Source of the DNA: Myxococcota bacterium
GTDB taxonomy: Bacteria; Myxococcota; UBA4151
Direction: 5' to 3'
Length of the DNA stretch: 64,000 nucleotides
Assembly: GCA_036338695.1 (NCBI GenBank)
Contig: JAYZBQ010000026.1
Span: 1 to 64,000, forward strand
Part shown: positions 54,348 through 63,254 of the stretch, in pieces
Position numbering within the stretch: the first letter of the stretch is position 1
Layout of the letters: the number at the start of each line of letters is the position of its first letter
The notes under the pieces: generated by a model
Database searches by the model: none
What the model saw: only the letters and a program-made list of their open reading frames with translations
What the model was told of the DNA's origin: nothing
Made by a program: the position numbers and the translations under genes

Positions 54348-55279
54348 GCGTTCGCCTCCAGATAAGCGGTGATCTGCTCTGCCGTCCCCAAACTCGTCGT
54401 CGGCAGCGTCTTGTCGATTCGTCGAACCATCCCGGCGAGCGCTCGCCCGGGTCCGAGCTCGAGCAGCTCCGTCGCCCCTTCGCCTTTGAGCGCCTCGACG
54501 CACTCGACCCAACGCACCGGCGCGCAGACTTGCTCAACCAAGAGCGGGGTGATCTCTGCCGCCGCGCGATGCGTCTGCGCGTCGACGTTTGCGACCACAG
54601 GGACGGCGGGTGCGCTGACGGTCACGTCAGCGAGGACGTCGCTCAGGCGCGGCTGAACCGGCGCCATCAGCGGGCAGTGAAATGGCGCCGATACAGGCAG
54701 CGGAAGCACCCTGCGAGCGCCCGCCTCTTTGAGGGCGGGCATGGCTGCGTGGACGGCGGCGTGATGCCCTGCGATGACGGTCTGCGTCGGGTCGTTGAAA
54801 TTCGCAGCGCAGACCAGCGCACCTTCGGCGCTCAAGCGCTCACAGACCTCGCGCACGCTCGATGCGTCGAGTCCGATCACCGCCGCCATGGCACCGAGAC
54901 CCTCCGGCACCGCTTCCTGCATAAAAGTCCCACGCGCACGCACCGCCCGGAGCGCGTCCGTCAGGCTCAGCGCGCCAGCGGCGACCAGCGCGCTGTACTC
55001 ACCGAGGCTGTGTCCAGCGACCGCCAGCGGCTCGGCGCAACCAGCCGCGCGCAGGACGCGCACCACCGCAACCGAGTGGGCGACGATCGCCGGCTGCGTG
55101 TTCGCGGTCAGCGTCAGGGTCTCCATCGGCCCATCGGCCATGAGCTCGCTGAGCTTGAAACCGAGCGCCTCATCGGCTTCGGCGAGGGTCTCTCGCGCCT
55201 CAGCGAAACGCTCAGCTAAATCCTGCGCCATGCCGACAACCTGAGCACCTTGCCCAGGGAAAATCCATGCGGTGGTCAT
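54344..55279 (-). CDS. fabD: Malonyl CoA-ACP transacylase
   Basis: FPGQGAQ, NTQPA, GHSLGEYSA, VSAPFH, PVRW, ELGPG. Confidence 0.97.
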   Translation of the reverse strand: MTTAWIFPGQGAQVVGMAQDLAERFAEARETLAEADEALGFKLSELMADGPMETLTLTANTQPAIVAHSVAVVRVLRAAGCAEPLAVAGHSLGEYSALVAAGALSLTDALRAVRARGTFMQEAVPEGLGAMAAVIGLDASSVREVCERLSAEGALVCAANFNDPTQTVIAGHHAAVHAAMPALKEAGARRVLPLPVSAPFHCPLMAPVQPRLSDVLADVTVSAPAVPVVANVDAQTHRAAAEITPLLVEQVCAPVRWVECVEALKGEGATELLELGPGRALAGMVRRIDKTLPTTSLGTAEQITAYLEANA

Positions 55280-55293
55280 CGTCTTTACTCCCC

Positions 55294-56277
55294 CTACAGC
55301 GTGCAGGTCCCGCCCGACCAGACGATCCCGCCGCCGAGCGCTAGAAACAGAAGCTTGTCACCGGATTTGAGGCGCCCCTCTCGGCGCGCCTCATCGAGGG
55401 CAATCGGCAGACTCGCAGCCGAGGTGTTACCGTAACGATCGAGGTTCACGAAGAGCTTATCACTCGGCATCCCACAACGCTTGAGGCAGGCATCCAAGAT
55501 GCGCAAGTTCGCCTGATGCGCGATCACGTGATCGACGTCCTCAGCAGACCAGCCAGCGGAGTCGAGAGCCTCTTGCGCCACCGACGCCAAGTTGCGGGTG
55601 GCGTGCTTGAAGATGACGTTGCCGGTCATGTGGACCTTGTTTTGCTTTTGCGCCAACAGCTCAGCGGTCAATTCCGTTCGGCTGCCCCCTGCAGGGATGC
55701 ACAGCTCCTCGGCGAGCGAGCCGTCGGAGTGCAGGTGAATCGGCCCCAGCCCCTGCGGATCATCGGCTGAGGTGGCTCCAATGATCGCTGCGCCGGCGCC
55801 ATCACCGAACAAGATGCAGGTGCCGCGATCCTCCCAGTTCACGATCGTCGTCAGCGCCTCTGCGCCGATCACCAACGCCTTCTTGATCATCCCTGTGCGC
55901 ACAGCGTTGTCCGCCATCGCAAGCGCGTGCATGAAGCCGGAACACGCAGCCGACAGATCAAAAGCGCAGCACTTCAAGCCGAGCGCTTGAGCCACCAAAA
56001 CCGCTGTCGATGGGAAGGGCATGTCGCTGGTGACGGTACCGATCACGACCATCTCGATCTCAGAGGCGTCGATGCCCGCATCAGCGATCGCACGCCGCGA
56101 AGCCTCGAGCGCAAGGTCCGAACACGCCTGACCATCACCCACCTGGCGGCGCTCGCGGATACCCGTTCGTGTGGTGATCCATTCGTCATTCGTGTCGACC
56201 AACTTCTCGAGGTCGTGATTCGTAATGACACGCTCAGGCAGGTAGGACCCTGTCCCTAAAATTCGACTTCGGTACAT
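55294..56277 (-). CDS. fabH: Beta-ketoacyl-ACP synthase III
   Basis: WITTRTGIRER, AACSGF, LFGDGAGA, HQANLRI, YGNTSAAS. Confidence 0.96.
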   Translation of the reverse strand: MYRSRILGTGSYLPERVITNHDLEKLVDTNDEWITTRTGIRERRQVGDGQACSDLALEASRRAIADAGIDASEIEMVVIGTVTSDMPFPSTAVLVAQALGLKCCAFDLSAACSGFMHALAMADNAVRTGMIKKALVIGAEALTTIVNWEDRGTCILFGDGAGAAIIGATSADDPQGLGPIHLHSDGSLAEELCIPAGGSRTELTAELLAQKQNKVHMTGNVIFKHATRNLASVAQEALDSAGWSAEDVDHVIAHQANLRILDACLKRCGMPSDKLFVNLDRYGNTSAASLPIALDEARREGRLKSGDKLLFLALGGGIVWSGGTCTL

Positions 56278-56342
56278 GTGAACGCTCCCGCGAGGTGTCC
56301 TCGGTCGAACGTGAGCGGCGTCGGCTGTCAACTGCGCGTTGA

Positions 56343-57350
56343 TTACGCAGTCAATTGGCTCAGAGCGGACTCAATTTGCACGGTAAGATCTTGCGCTGCA
56401 CAGCGCGACGCCACGCGCAAAGCCGAGCGGACGGCGAGCGCATCCGAGGACCCGTGCGCAATGATGGCGGGGGCGTTGAGACCGAGCAACGGAGCGCCCC
56501 CGTATTGGCTCGGATCGAGCGTCCCCTTGAGCGCATCAAACGCGCCCTTGGCGAGCATGGCGCCTGCCATCGCCAGCAGCGAGCCTTCAATCTCTACCTT
56601 GAGCTGTCCGACAATAAAGCGAGCGGTTCCCTCGAGGGTCTTGAGCGCCACATTCCCGGTAAAGCCATCCGTGACGATCACGTCGAGCGCGTCCGTAAAG
56701 AGGTCCCGCCCCTCGCAGTAGCCCACAAAGTTCACCGAGGTCTCTTGAATCCGCTCGTAAGCCTCCTTGGTCAGCTCCGTGCCTTTACCCTCCTCCTCAC
56801 CATTGGAGAGCACCGCGATGCGCGGTGACGTCAACCCAAACGCAGCCTTGGCATAGCAATCCGCCATGAGCGCAAACTGAGTCAGCATCTCGCCGGTGCA
56901 GGTGGTGTTGGCGCCCCCATCGAGCAAGAGCCGCGGGCCGCCTTTCCCCGGCATGGTCAAGCAGATCGCCGGGCGCGTCACGCCCTTGATCCTGCCAAGG
57001 TATCGGAGCGCAAGCGCCATAGTGGCGCCGCTGTTTCCCGCCGAGACGCCCGCTACGGCGTCCCCCTCTTTGACCGCTCGAAAGCAGCGCGCCATCGACG
57101 ACTCGCTCTGGCGCATGGCGGCGCTGGGTTTGGCGTTCATCGCCACCAGATCAGGGCAATGCACGACGCGCAAACGGTCCCTTGGATAGTCGACGCCCTT
57201 GAGGAGCGGCTCAAGCGACTCACGACGCCCAAAAAGCACGACAGCGCGCCCATCGAGACGCACTGCATCGAGCGCACCTGCGACCATGGGGCCGGGTGCA
57301 TGGTCACCACCCATCGCATCCAGCGCAATGAACGGTGTGTTGGTCTTCAC
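56343..57350 (-). CDS. plsX: Phosphate acyltransferase PlsX
   Basis: IALDAMGGDHAP, SAGNSGA, LLDGGAN, NGEEEGKG, DGFTGNVALKT, YGGAPLLG, HGSS. Confidence 0.96.
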   Translation of the reverse strand: MKTNTPFIALDAMGGDHAPGPMVAGALDAVRLDGRAVVLFGRRESLEPLLKGVDYPRDRLRVVHCPDLVAMNAKPSAAMRQSESSMARCFRAVKEGDAVAGVSAGNSGATMALALRYLGRIKGVTRPAICLTMPGKGGPRLLLDGGANTTCTGEMLTQFALMADCYAKAAFGLTSPRIAVLSNGEEEGKGTELTKEAYERIQETSVNFVGYCEGRDLFTDALDVIVTDGFTGNVALKTLEGTARFIVGQLKVEIEGSLLAMAGAMLAKGAFDALKGTLDPSQYGGAPLLGLNAPAIIAHGSSDALAVRSALRVASRCAAQDLTVQIESALSQLTA

Positions 57351-57371
57351 GTCCAGACCAAGAGCGCCGCC

Positions 57372-57590
57372 TTACTCGGCGGCAGCCTCGACCTCTTGGT
57401 CTGCGTCAGCCTGAGCGTCCACACCGAGGATCTGCTCCCCTTTGTAGAAACCGCAGGCGCGGCAGACGTGATGCGGCAGGACGGGCTCGCCACAGTTCGA
57501 GCAGACGGTCGATCCGACGGCCTTGAGCGCATCGTGGGAGCGGCGCATACGCGCACGGGAAGCCGATTTGCGACGGTAAGGTACAGGCAT
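57372..57590 (-). CDS. rpmF: 50S ribosomal protein L32 (Zn-binding type, short acidic tail)
   Basis: MPVPYRRKSASRARMRRSHDAL, CSNCG, PHHVCRACGFYKG. Confidence 0.95.
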   Translation of the reverse strand: MPVPYRRKSASRARMRRSHDALKAVGSTVCSNCGEPVLPHHVCRACGFYKGEQILGVDAQADADQEVEAAAE

Positions 57591-57591
57591 G

Positions 57592-58128
57592 TCACTCACC
57601 TCCGGGTAAGTTATCGCGTAACGCAGCGAGTCCAGCCCAGCGGGGATCCACTGTCTCCTTCTGGCTCGAAGCGGCGGCTTCCCTACACACCTCATCGGGG
57701 CAACGCAAGGCCAGAGGTACGCCCAGCCGCCATTCATCCCTTAACCAGGGCCGCAGATCGACCTCGTCGCCGACGAGGACCTCCTCCTCCATCTGCTCGG
57801 CGTAAAGCAGACACCCGGGCAAGCCATCTTCGTCGCTCAGGTCATCGGCGCCGACCTTGAGGTCTCCTTCTCGAACAAACGTCGCCGCCACCGCCACCTC
57901 GAGCGGCTCCTTCACGGCTCCGCCGCAGACCGCGCAGTGTCCTTCGACCGAACAAGCGATCACTCCGTCGATGCGAAGCCCTGCGCCTCGCCGCTCATAG
58001 GTCACGCTTAGCTGCGCAGAATCGCTCGGCTCGAGGCCGAGCGAGGTGGACCATGAGCGGACCACCTCAGCGTCAATCGTCGCTGAACGCTGCCCGCGCG
58101 CCTCAAGCTGTCGCAAGTCCAGCTTCAT
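57592..58128 (-). CDS. yceD: YceD / DUF177 family protein
   Basis: CAVC motif, VDL...LGVP..LRC, VDPRWAGL; conserved position upstream of rpmF. Confidence 0.88.
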   Translation of the reverse strand: MKLDLRQLEARGQRSATIDAEVVRSWSTSLGLEPSDSAQLSVTYERRGAGLRIDGVIACSVEGHCAVCGGAVKEPLEVAVAATFVREGDLKVGADDLSDEDGLPGCLLYAEQMEEEVLVGDEVDLRPWLRDEWRLGVPLALRCPDEVCREAAASSQKETVDPRWAGLAALRDNLPGGE

Positions 58129-58130
58129 CC

Positions 58131-59759
58131 CTACCTCCAGAAATCCCGTGTCAACAGGACGAGCACGGTCAGGAGCTCAAGCCGCCCCAGGATCATCAGG
58201 CTTGAGAGCATCATCTTACCCACGTCGGAGACGGCGTTGTAATGACCCGCCGGCCCAAACTGTCCTAGGCTCGGTCCCACATTCGCCAACATGCTCAGCG
58301 ACGCCGACAAGCTCTCGATCGGCGTAAACCCCTCAGCCGCCAGCCAGAGCGAACCCAACAAGGCGAGGATAAAGAACAGAACCAAGAAGCTAGCGACCCC
58401 ATCGACGACGGAGTAGTCCACGCGCTGATCGCCGAGTCGAACCGGTCGTACCCCGCGTGGGTGGATCAGGCGGTAAAACTCACGAACGGCCAGCTGCACG
58501 CCCAGCGCCAGCCGGATGACCTTGACCCCGCCCGATGTCGAGCCAGCGCAACCGCCAAGAGTCGAGAACGCCAAGATACACAAAGCCAGCACCGGTAAAG
58601 AGGGGATCCACAGCCCATAATCGACGTTGGCGTAGCCGGTCGTGGTGGCCAGGCTCGCCACCGTAAAGAGGCTCTGCCGAAAGGCCGTCCATCCGGTCGC
58701 CGTCCCCGACCACCACAGGGCGCCGAACATCACCGCCGTCATCGCCAAAACAATCACACCAAATAGGCGAAACTCGGGGTCGCCGAGATGAACCAGACGG
58801 CGATCGTGGAGGGAGCGATGATGAAGCGCAAAGTTGGCGCCGCAGAAGAGCATAAATGCGATGATGACGTACTCCGCAAAAGCGGAACCGAGGCCACCAA
58901 CCGATGCCGCAAGCGGCGAAAACCCAGCCGTGGCAACCGTTGACAGCGCATGGGTCACGCTCAGGAAGAGTCCGCTACCGGAGAGCAAAAGCAAAACGGT
59001 CACCAGAGCGGTTGCGACCCCATAAACGCCCCAAAGCACGCGCGCCGTCTCGCCGACGCGTGGCACGAGCTTCGCCGCCGTAGGACCTGGCACCTCCGCT
59101 CGAAACAGTTGCATCCCGCCGATCCCAAGGAGAGGCAGCAGCGCCACCGCAAGGACGATGATCCCCATCCCGCCGAGCCACTGCGTCACGTTTCGCCAGA
59201 ACAAGAGACCGTGCGGCAAATCGCGCGGGTACTTTCGGTACGTCTTCGTCCACAACCCCTGCTCGAGGATCGTTGCGCCGGTTGTCGTAAAGCCGCTGGC
59301 TGACTCAAAGACGCAGTTGGCGAGGCTGCAGAACTCAGCCCCCTGATCACCCGCTCCCTCGAGCTCACAGCGCCCATGAACCGCACGCCCCATAGGCGCT
59401 GGATAACTCGCTACGACGCCTCGATCCTTCATCCCGAGGGTCACGCGGTGCCCGAAGAAATAAAAGGGCATCGCCCCGATCAAAATCGAGATGAACCAAG
59501 CGGCTGTGACCAGTAAAAAACCATCGCGCCGGCTGATCTCACCACGCACCGATCGGCCGTAGCGAAAACACCACCATCCGGTCGGTGCGATCAGCATCAG
59601 CGTGGCGGCGAACGCCCCTCGGTCGAGCTCACCGTGCGCGAATGCGATCACGAGCGAGGGCAACATCGCCGCAGACAACAGCAACAAAAACCCACCAAGA
59701 AGTCGTGTCAACAACCGCTGTCGCCTTTGATCCGGTGTGAGCTCAGACCCTCTCGGCAT
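58131..59759 (-). CDS. trkH: Trk potassium uptake membrane subunit
   Basis: FESASGFTTTGAT, QWLGGMGII, AEVPGP, TTTGY, GGCAGSTSGGVK, NVGP, LGRLE. Confidence 0.95.
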   Translation of the reverse strand: MPRGSELTPDQRRQRLLTRLLGGFLLLLSAAMLPSLVIAFAHGELDRGAFAATLMLIAPTGWWCFRYGRSVRGEISRRDGFLLVTAAWFISILIGAMPFYFFGHRVTLGMKDRGVVASYPAPMGRAVHGRCELEGAGDQGAEFCSLANCVFESASGFTTTGATILEQGLWTKTYRKYPRDLPHGLLFWRNVTQWLGGMGIIVLAVALLPLLGIGGMQLFRAEVPGPTAAKLVPRVGETARVLWGVYGVATALVTVLLLLSGSGLFLSVTHALSTVATAGFSPLAASVGGLGSAFAEYVIIAFMLFCGANFALHHRSLHDRRLVHLGDPEFRLFGVIVLAMTAVMFGALWWSGTATGWTAFRQSLFTVASLATTTGYANVDYGLWIPSLPVLALCILAFSTLGGCAGSTSGGVKVIRLALGVQLAVREFYRLIHPRGVRPVRLGDQRVDYSVVDGVASFLVLFFILALLGSLWLAAEGFTPIESLSASLSMLANVGPSLGQFGPAGHYNAVSDVGKMMLSSLMILGRLELLTVLVLLTRDFWR

Positions 59760-59773
59760 AGGCCACCCTCTTG

Positions 59774-61138
59774 CTAGAGAAACTCAAAGCCGACGGCGAC
59801 GAGCTTCTGCACATCGGCGATCCGCCGCTGGGGCGCGCAGATGACGACGCGATCGCCTGGTTCAATCTGCAGACTCCCCGTCGCCACCAACAGCTGATCG
59901 TACCGGAGCACGGCGCCGATCACTACATCACGCGGCAGCTGCAACTTAGCGATCGGCACGCTCACCAGCGGCGAGGTCTCGCGAGCGCGCACCTCGAGCA
60001 CCTCGCCTTCTGTCGCGCCGAAGGGCTGCGCAGCCAGTACATCGCCACGACGCGCATAACGAAGGATCGAACCCACCGCTGCGTGCCGGACGGAGACGGC
60101 CGCGTCGACGCCGATGCTCTCGGTGAGCGCCGTGTAATGCGATGTGTTCTCACGGACGTACACCGCTTTGGCGCCCAGCTTCTTCGCCAGGAGCGCCGTC
60201 AAAATGTTCACCTCATCATCGATGGTGCAGGCGATAAAGCAATCCGCGTGACCGATCCGCTCTTCCACCAAGAAATCTTGATCGGTGCAGTCTCCGTTAA
60301 GGACGTCAGCCTTAGGGAGCTGCTCAGCCAGCGTATGACAGCGACGCAAATTGCCCTCGGCGAGCCGCACGTGCAGCCCTTTATCGATGAGGATCTGCGC
60401 CAGCTCCTCACCCAGCCGACCACCCCCCGCGATGAAGACGTTGCGCACACGCCGAGCGTGATGACCGCACAGAGACGGCAACCCGTTGGCGGCGTCTTTG
60501 GTCCCGAGCGCAAAGATCAGGTCCCCGGAGCCGATGGTGGTGTTCCCTTTGGGTGGGACAAAGTAACCCTCACGCTCGATCCCGACGACCGTCAGATCAT
60601 CCAGCGCTCCATTCTGCCGAAGCCCCGCCAGGTCCTTGTCCACCAGCGCCGAGTTGGCGCGCACACGACTCGCCACCATCCGCACCGAACAATCGATAAA
60701 CTCTTTGACCTCCACCGCGCCAGGCAGAATCGCCAGTTCGGCGAGCTCACGCGCAGCGGACTGGCGCGGGCTGATCCACCCGTCAAGGCGGACGCCTCCT
60801 TGCTCGAGCAGCTCGCGGTGCGTGTGGAAGTCGCGGTCGCGCACACGCGCGACCAGCGTGCAGCCCGGAGCCAGACTCCCACCCACCAGACAGGCTAAAA
60901 GGTTCACCTCGTCTTCATCGGTCACAGCGACCAGGAGGTCGGTGTCCTCAATCCCTGCCCGCTTGAGCAGCTCAGGGCTCGCGGCGTTGCCGGTCAGATG
61001 GCTCACGTCGAGATGCTCGACGACCTGATCGAGGCGCTGACGGTCTCGGTCCACTAAGGTCACGTCGCTGAGCTCGGTCACCATCCGCTGAGCGAGGGTC
61101 TCACCCACCTGACCTGCCCCTAAAATTAACACCTTCAC
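59774..61138 (-). CDS. trkA: Trk potassium uptake NAD-binding subunit
   Basis: Two RCK domains (ILGAGQVG, IAGGGRLG), DEDEVNL and DDEVNIL, two TrkA-C domains. Confidence 0.95.
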   Translation of the reverse strand: MKVLILGAGQVGETLAQRMVTELSDVTLVDRDRQRLDQVVEHLDVSHLTGNAASPELLKRAGIEDTDLLVAVTDEDEVNLLACLVGGSLAPGCTLVARVRDRDFHTHRELLEQGGVRLDGWISPRQSAARELAELAILPGAVEVKEFIDCSVRMVASRVRANSALVDKDLAGLRQNGALDDLTVVGIEREGYFVPPKGNTTIGSGDLIFALGTKDAANGLPSLCGHHARRVRNVFIAGGGRLGEELAQILIDKGLHVRLAEGNLRRCHTLAEQLPKADVLNGDCTDQDFLVEERIGHADCFIACTIDDEVNILTALLAKKLGAKAVYVRENTSHYTALTESIGVDAAVSVRHAAVGSILRYARRGDVLAAQPFGATEGEVLEVRARETSPLVSVPIAKLQLPRDVVIGAVLRYDQLLVATGSLQIEPGDRVVICAPQRRIADVQKLVAVGFEFL

Positions 61139-61911
61139 AGCCCCGCCTCCACCGACTGCTCATAATGTCGCAGGGCGATCCGGCACATCCGCTGCACCAG
61201 CAGCGCCGCCACAGGCCGGGACTGCACACCGTCGTCCGCCCAGGCGATGGCGGTGACAATCCGTCCGCTCATCGGCACTAAGACCACCAGCGGGGGGCGC
61301 CCCAGCAGGTCCTCGTAAGCCTCCCCGCAGGGCGTAAAGATGTCCAACGTGCCCCGCTCGACCGCATCCGTCAGCCGCCCCGTCGCGCCGATCAAAGCGC
61401 CCTGCGGGCCGAGCCAGCTGCCCTGGCCATCCCAGTGGAGCATGATCGCCGAGGGGAACAAGGCTCGGCAGGCGACGACGCACTGATCGATCACCTCGGC
61501 AGCCGTTCCCGCCTTGACGAGCTCAGCGCTGAGCCGATCGAGGATGTCCATAGTTTGAACCATGTCGGGCGCCTTGTGCTCAAACTCGAGCACCTCGCGC
61601 CGGGACGCTTCGGTTTGATCCTCTAGCGTTTTGGCCAGCGCCGACGCGCTCAACCAGCGCAGCTGAGCTCGCCCTCCTTTGAGCCGCTCTCGGCGGATGA
61701 TGACGCCGTCGACTGCGCTGATCATCGCCAACTCCTCGGCGAGCTCCTGATCGTGCAGCCGCTCGTTGGAGGCGCCGGCAAGAGGTCCCACGCGCCCATC
61801 GACAACCGGCAACGACCACCGGTCGTCGCCAACGCTCAGCACGAGCTGATGCGACCCGCCGCAGATCGCCAGCGCCAACAACTCCTGAACCAACTGGCGA
61901 TGAGCGCTCAT
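61135..61911 (-). CDS. Hypothetical protein
   Basis: Coherent 258-aa ORF overlapping both neighbours by 4 nt; no family recognised. Confidence 0.55.
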   Translation of the reverse strand: MSAHRQLVQELLALAICGGSHQLVLSVGDDRWSLPVVDGRVGPLAGASNERLHDQELAEELAMISAVDGVIIRRERLKGGRAQLRWLSASALAKTLEDQTEASRREVLEFEHKAPDMVQTMDILDRLSAELVKAGTAAEVIDQCVVACRALFPSAIMLHWDGQGSWLGPQGALIGATGRLTDAVERGTLDIFTPCGEAYEDLLGRPPLVVLVPMSGRIVTAIAWADDGVQSRPVAALLVQRMCRIALRHYEQSVEAGL

Positions 61912-62345
61912 AAACCCACCAGCCGCTCACCCGCAGCCCGAAGCCACTGAGGCGCTGCGGAGCGCCACCCCTTGGGGGCGAGGTCGGGGTCGAGCCAGAC
62001 GCGCCGGCCACCGCCGAGCGAGCGCACCTGCGCAAGGCTCGCCGAGAAGGTCTCGGGGTCTAAGTCTTGGCCAAAGCCGAGCAGGACCACGACCGGCCAA
62101 GGGTGCTCGGGCAGGAGCAACAGCAGACGCTCACCGCTTTGACCGGTGAACCGCTCGGCGGCGACGCGCTGAGCGATCCGGCCGCCTAACCGCCAATCGA
62201 GCGCAGCCGCAAGCGTCGGCAGACGCCCAAGAAGGCGCGCGGTCGGGACGACCATAGTGAAGCCCTCGACGGAGTCGACCGTCCGCAGCGCCAAGCCGCC
62301 CGCCTCAGCAGGCCACGGCGTCGTCACGCTCACCGCGGCGCTCAA
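61908..62345 (-). CDS. Stand-alone M17 aminopeptidase N-terminal-like domain protein
   Basis: LDWRLGGRI, FTGQSGERLL, VVLLGFG motifs; no catalytic domain. Confidence 0.7.
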   Translation of the reverse strand: MSAAVSVTTPWPAEAGGLALRTVDSVEGFTMVVPTARLLGRLPTLAAALDWRLGGRIAQRVAAERFTGQSGERLLLLLPEHPWPVVVLLGFGQDLDPETFSASLAQVRSLGGGRRVWLDPDLAPKGWRSAAPQWLRAAGERLVGL

Positions 62346-62749
62346 CCAGTGAGCCCTTCAGCTAGGCGCCCGAGCGTGCCGCGCACAAACTGTGCGCTTC
62401 GATCGGAACCGTAGCGCTCAGCCAACAAACCGGCTTCCGTAAGGACCACTTTGAGCGGCGCGGTTCCCTCGACCAGCTCAAAAGCGCTCATGAGCAGCAG
62501 GTTTCGGTCGACGACGTCCTGTCGATCTTGTCGCCACTGCGGGTTCGCCTGCTCGAGCCGCTCGGCGAGCGCCTCTCGCTGGCTGCTGACCCCATCCAAA
62601 AGGCGGCGCAGATACCCCGAGTCGAGCGGCGGCGTACCAAAGTGGTCCATGACGTGCTGATACGCTTCGTCTTCATCCGTGCCGAGATCCATTTGATAAA
62701 GGATCTGCAACGCGGCGGCACGCGCCCGACTGCGCAGTTTGGGCTTCAC
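62342..62749 (-). CDS. nusB: Transcription antitermination factor NusB
   Basis: RSRARAAALQILYQ, W...R..VVDRNLL, PLKVVLTEA..LA..YG, FVRGTL; follows ribH. Confidence 0.92.
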   Translation of the reverse strand: MKPKLRSRARAAALQILYQMDLGTDEDEAYQHVMDHFGTPPLDSGYLRRLLDGVSSQREALAERLEQANPQWRQDRQDVVDRNLLLMSAFELVEGTAPLKVVLTEAGLLAERYGSDRSAQFVRGTLGRLAEGLTG

Positions 62750-63222
62750 AGCCCAGCGGCTCCCAGCCGAGCGTTCAAGTCAGCCATCTCGAGCGCCGCA
62801 GCAGCCGCCTCCCAGCCTTTGTTGGACGCACCCTCACCGGCTCGCTCAACGGCTTGATCGACCGTGTCGCAGGTGAGGATCCCAAAGGCCACCGGAAGCC
62901 CGGTCTGCATGGAGACCTCAGCGGTCCCCTTGGCCGCTTCGGCGGCGACGTAGTCAAAGTGCGGCGTGCCACCACGGATCACCGCCCCGATGGCAATGAT
63001 CGCGTCGAACCGGCCGGAGCGCGCCATGCGCAAGGCTACGGGCGGAAGCTCAAAGGTCCCCGGCACACGCACCACGGTCAGGTCTTCGTCTCGCACACCG
63101 TGCTCTTTCAAACCTGCGACAGCGCCCTCAAGGAGCGGCTCGGTGACGAAGTGATTAAACCGCGCCACCACCAAACCAAAACGTCGACCTTCGCCGCTTG
63201 GCGATCCTTCAATCGTGTTCAC
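62746..63222 (-). CDS. ribH: 6,7-dimethyl-8-ribityllumazine synthase
   Basis: VVARFN, VPGTFELP, GAVIRGGTPHFDYV, FGILT, NKGWEAA. Confidence 0.97.
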   Translation of the reverse strand: MNTIEGSPSGEGRRFGLVVARFNHFVTEPLLEGAVAGLKEHGVRDEDLTVVRVPGTFELPPVALRMARSGRFDAIIAIGAVIRGGTPHFDYVAAEAAKGTAEVSMQTGLPVAFGILTCDTVDQAVERAGEGASNKGWEAAAAALEMADLNARLGAAGL

Positions 63223-63254
63223 AACACACCCCTCTCACGGTCCGAGTCGATGAC

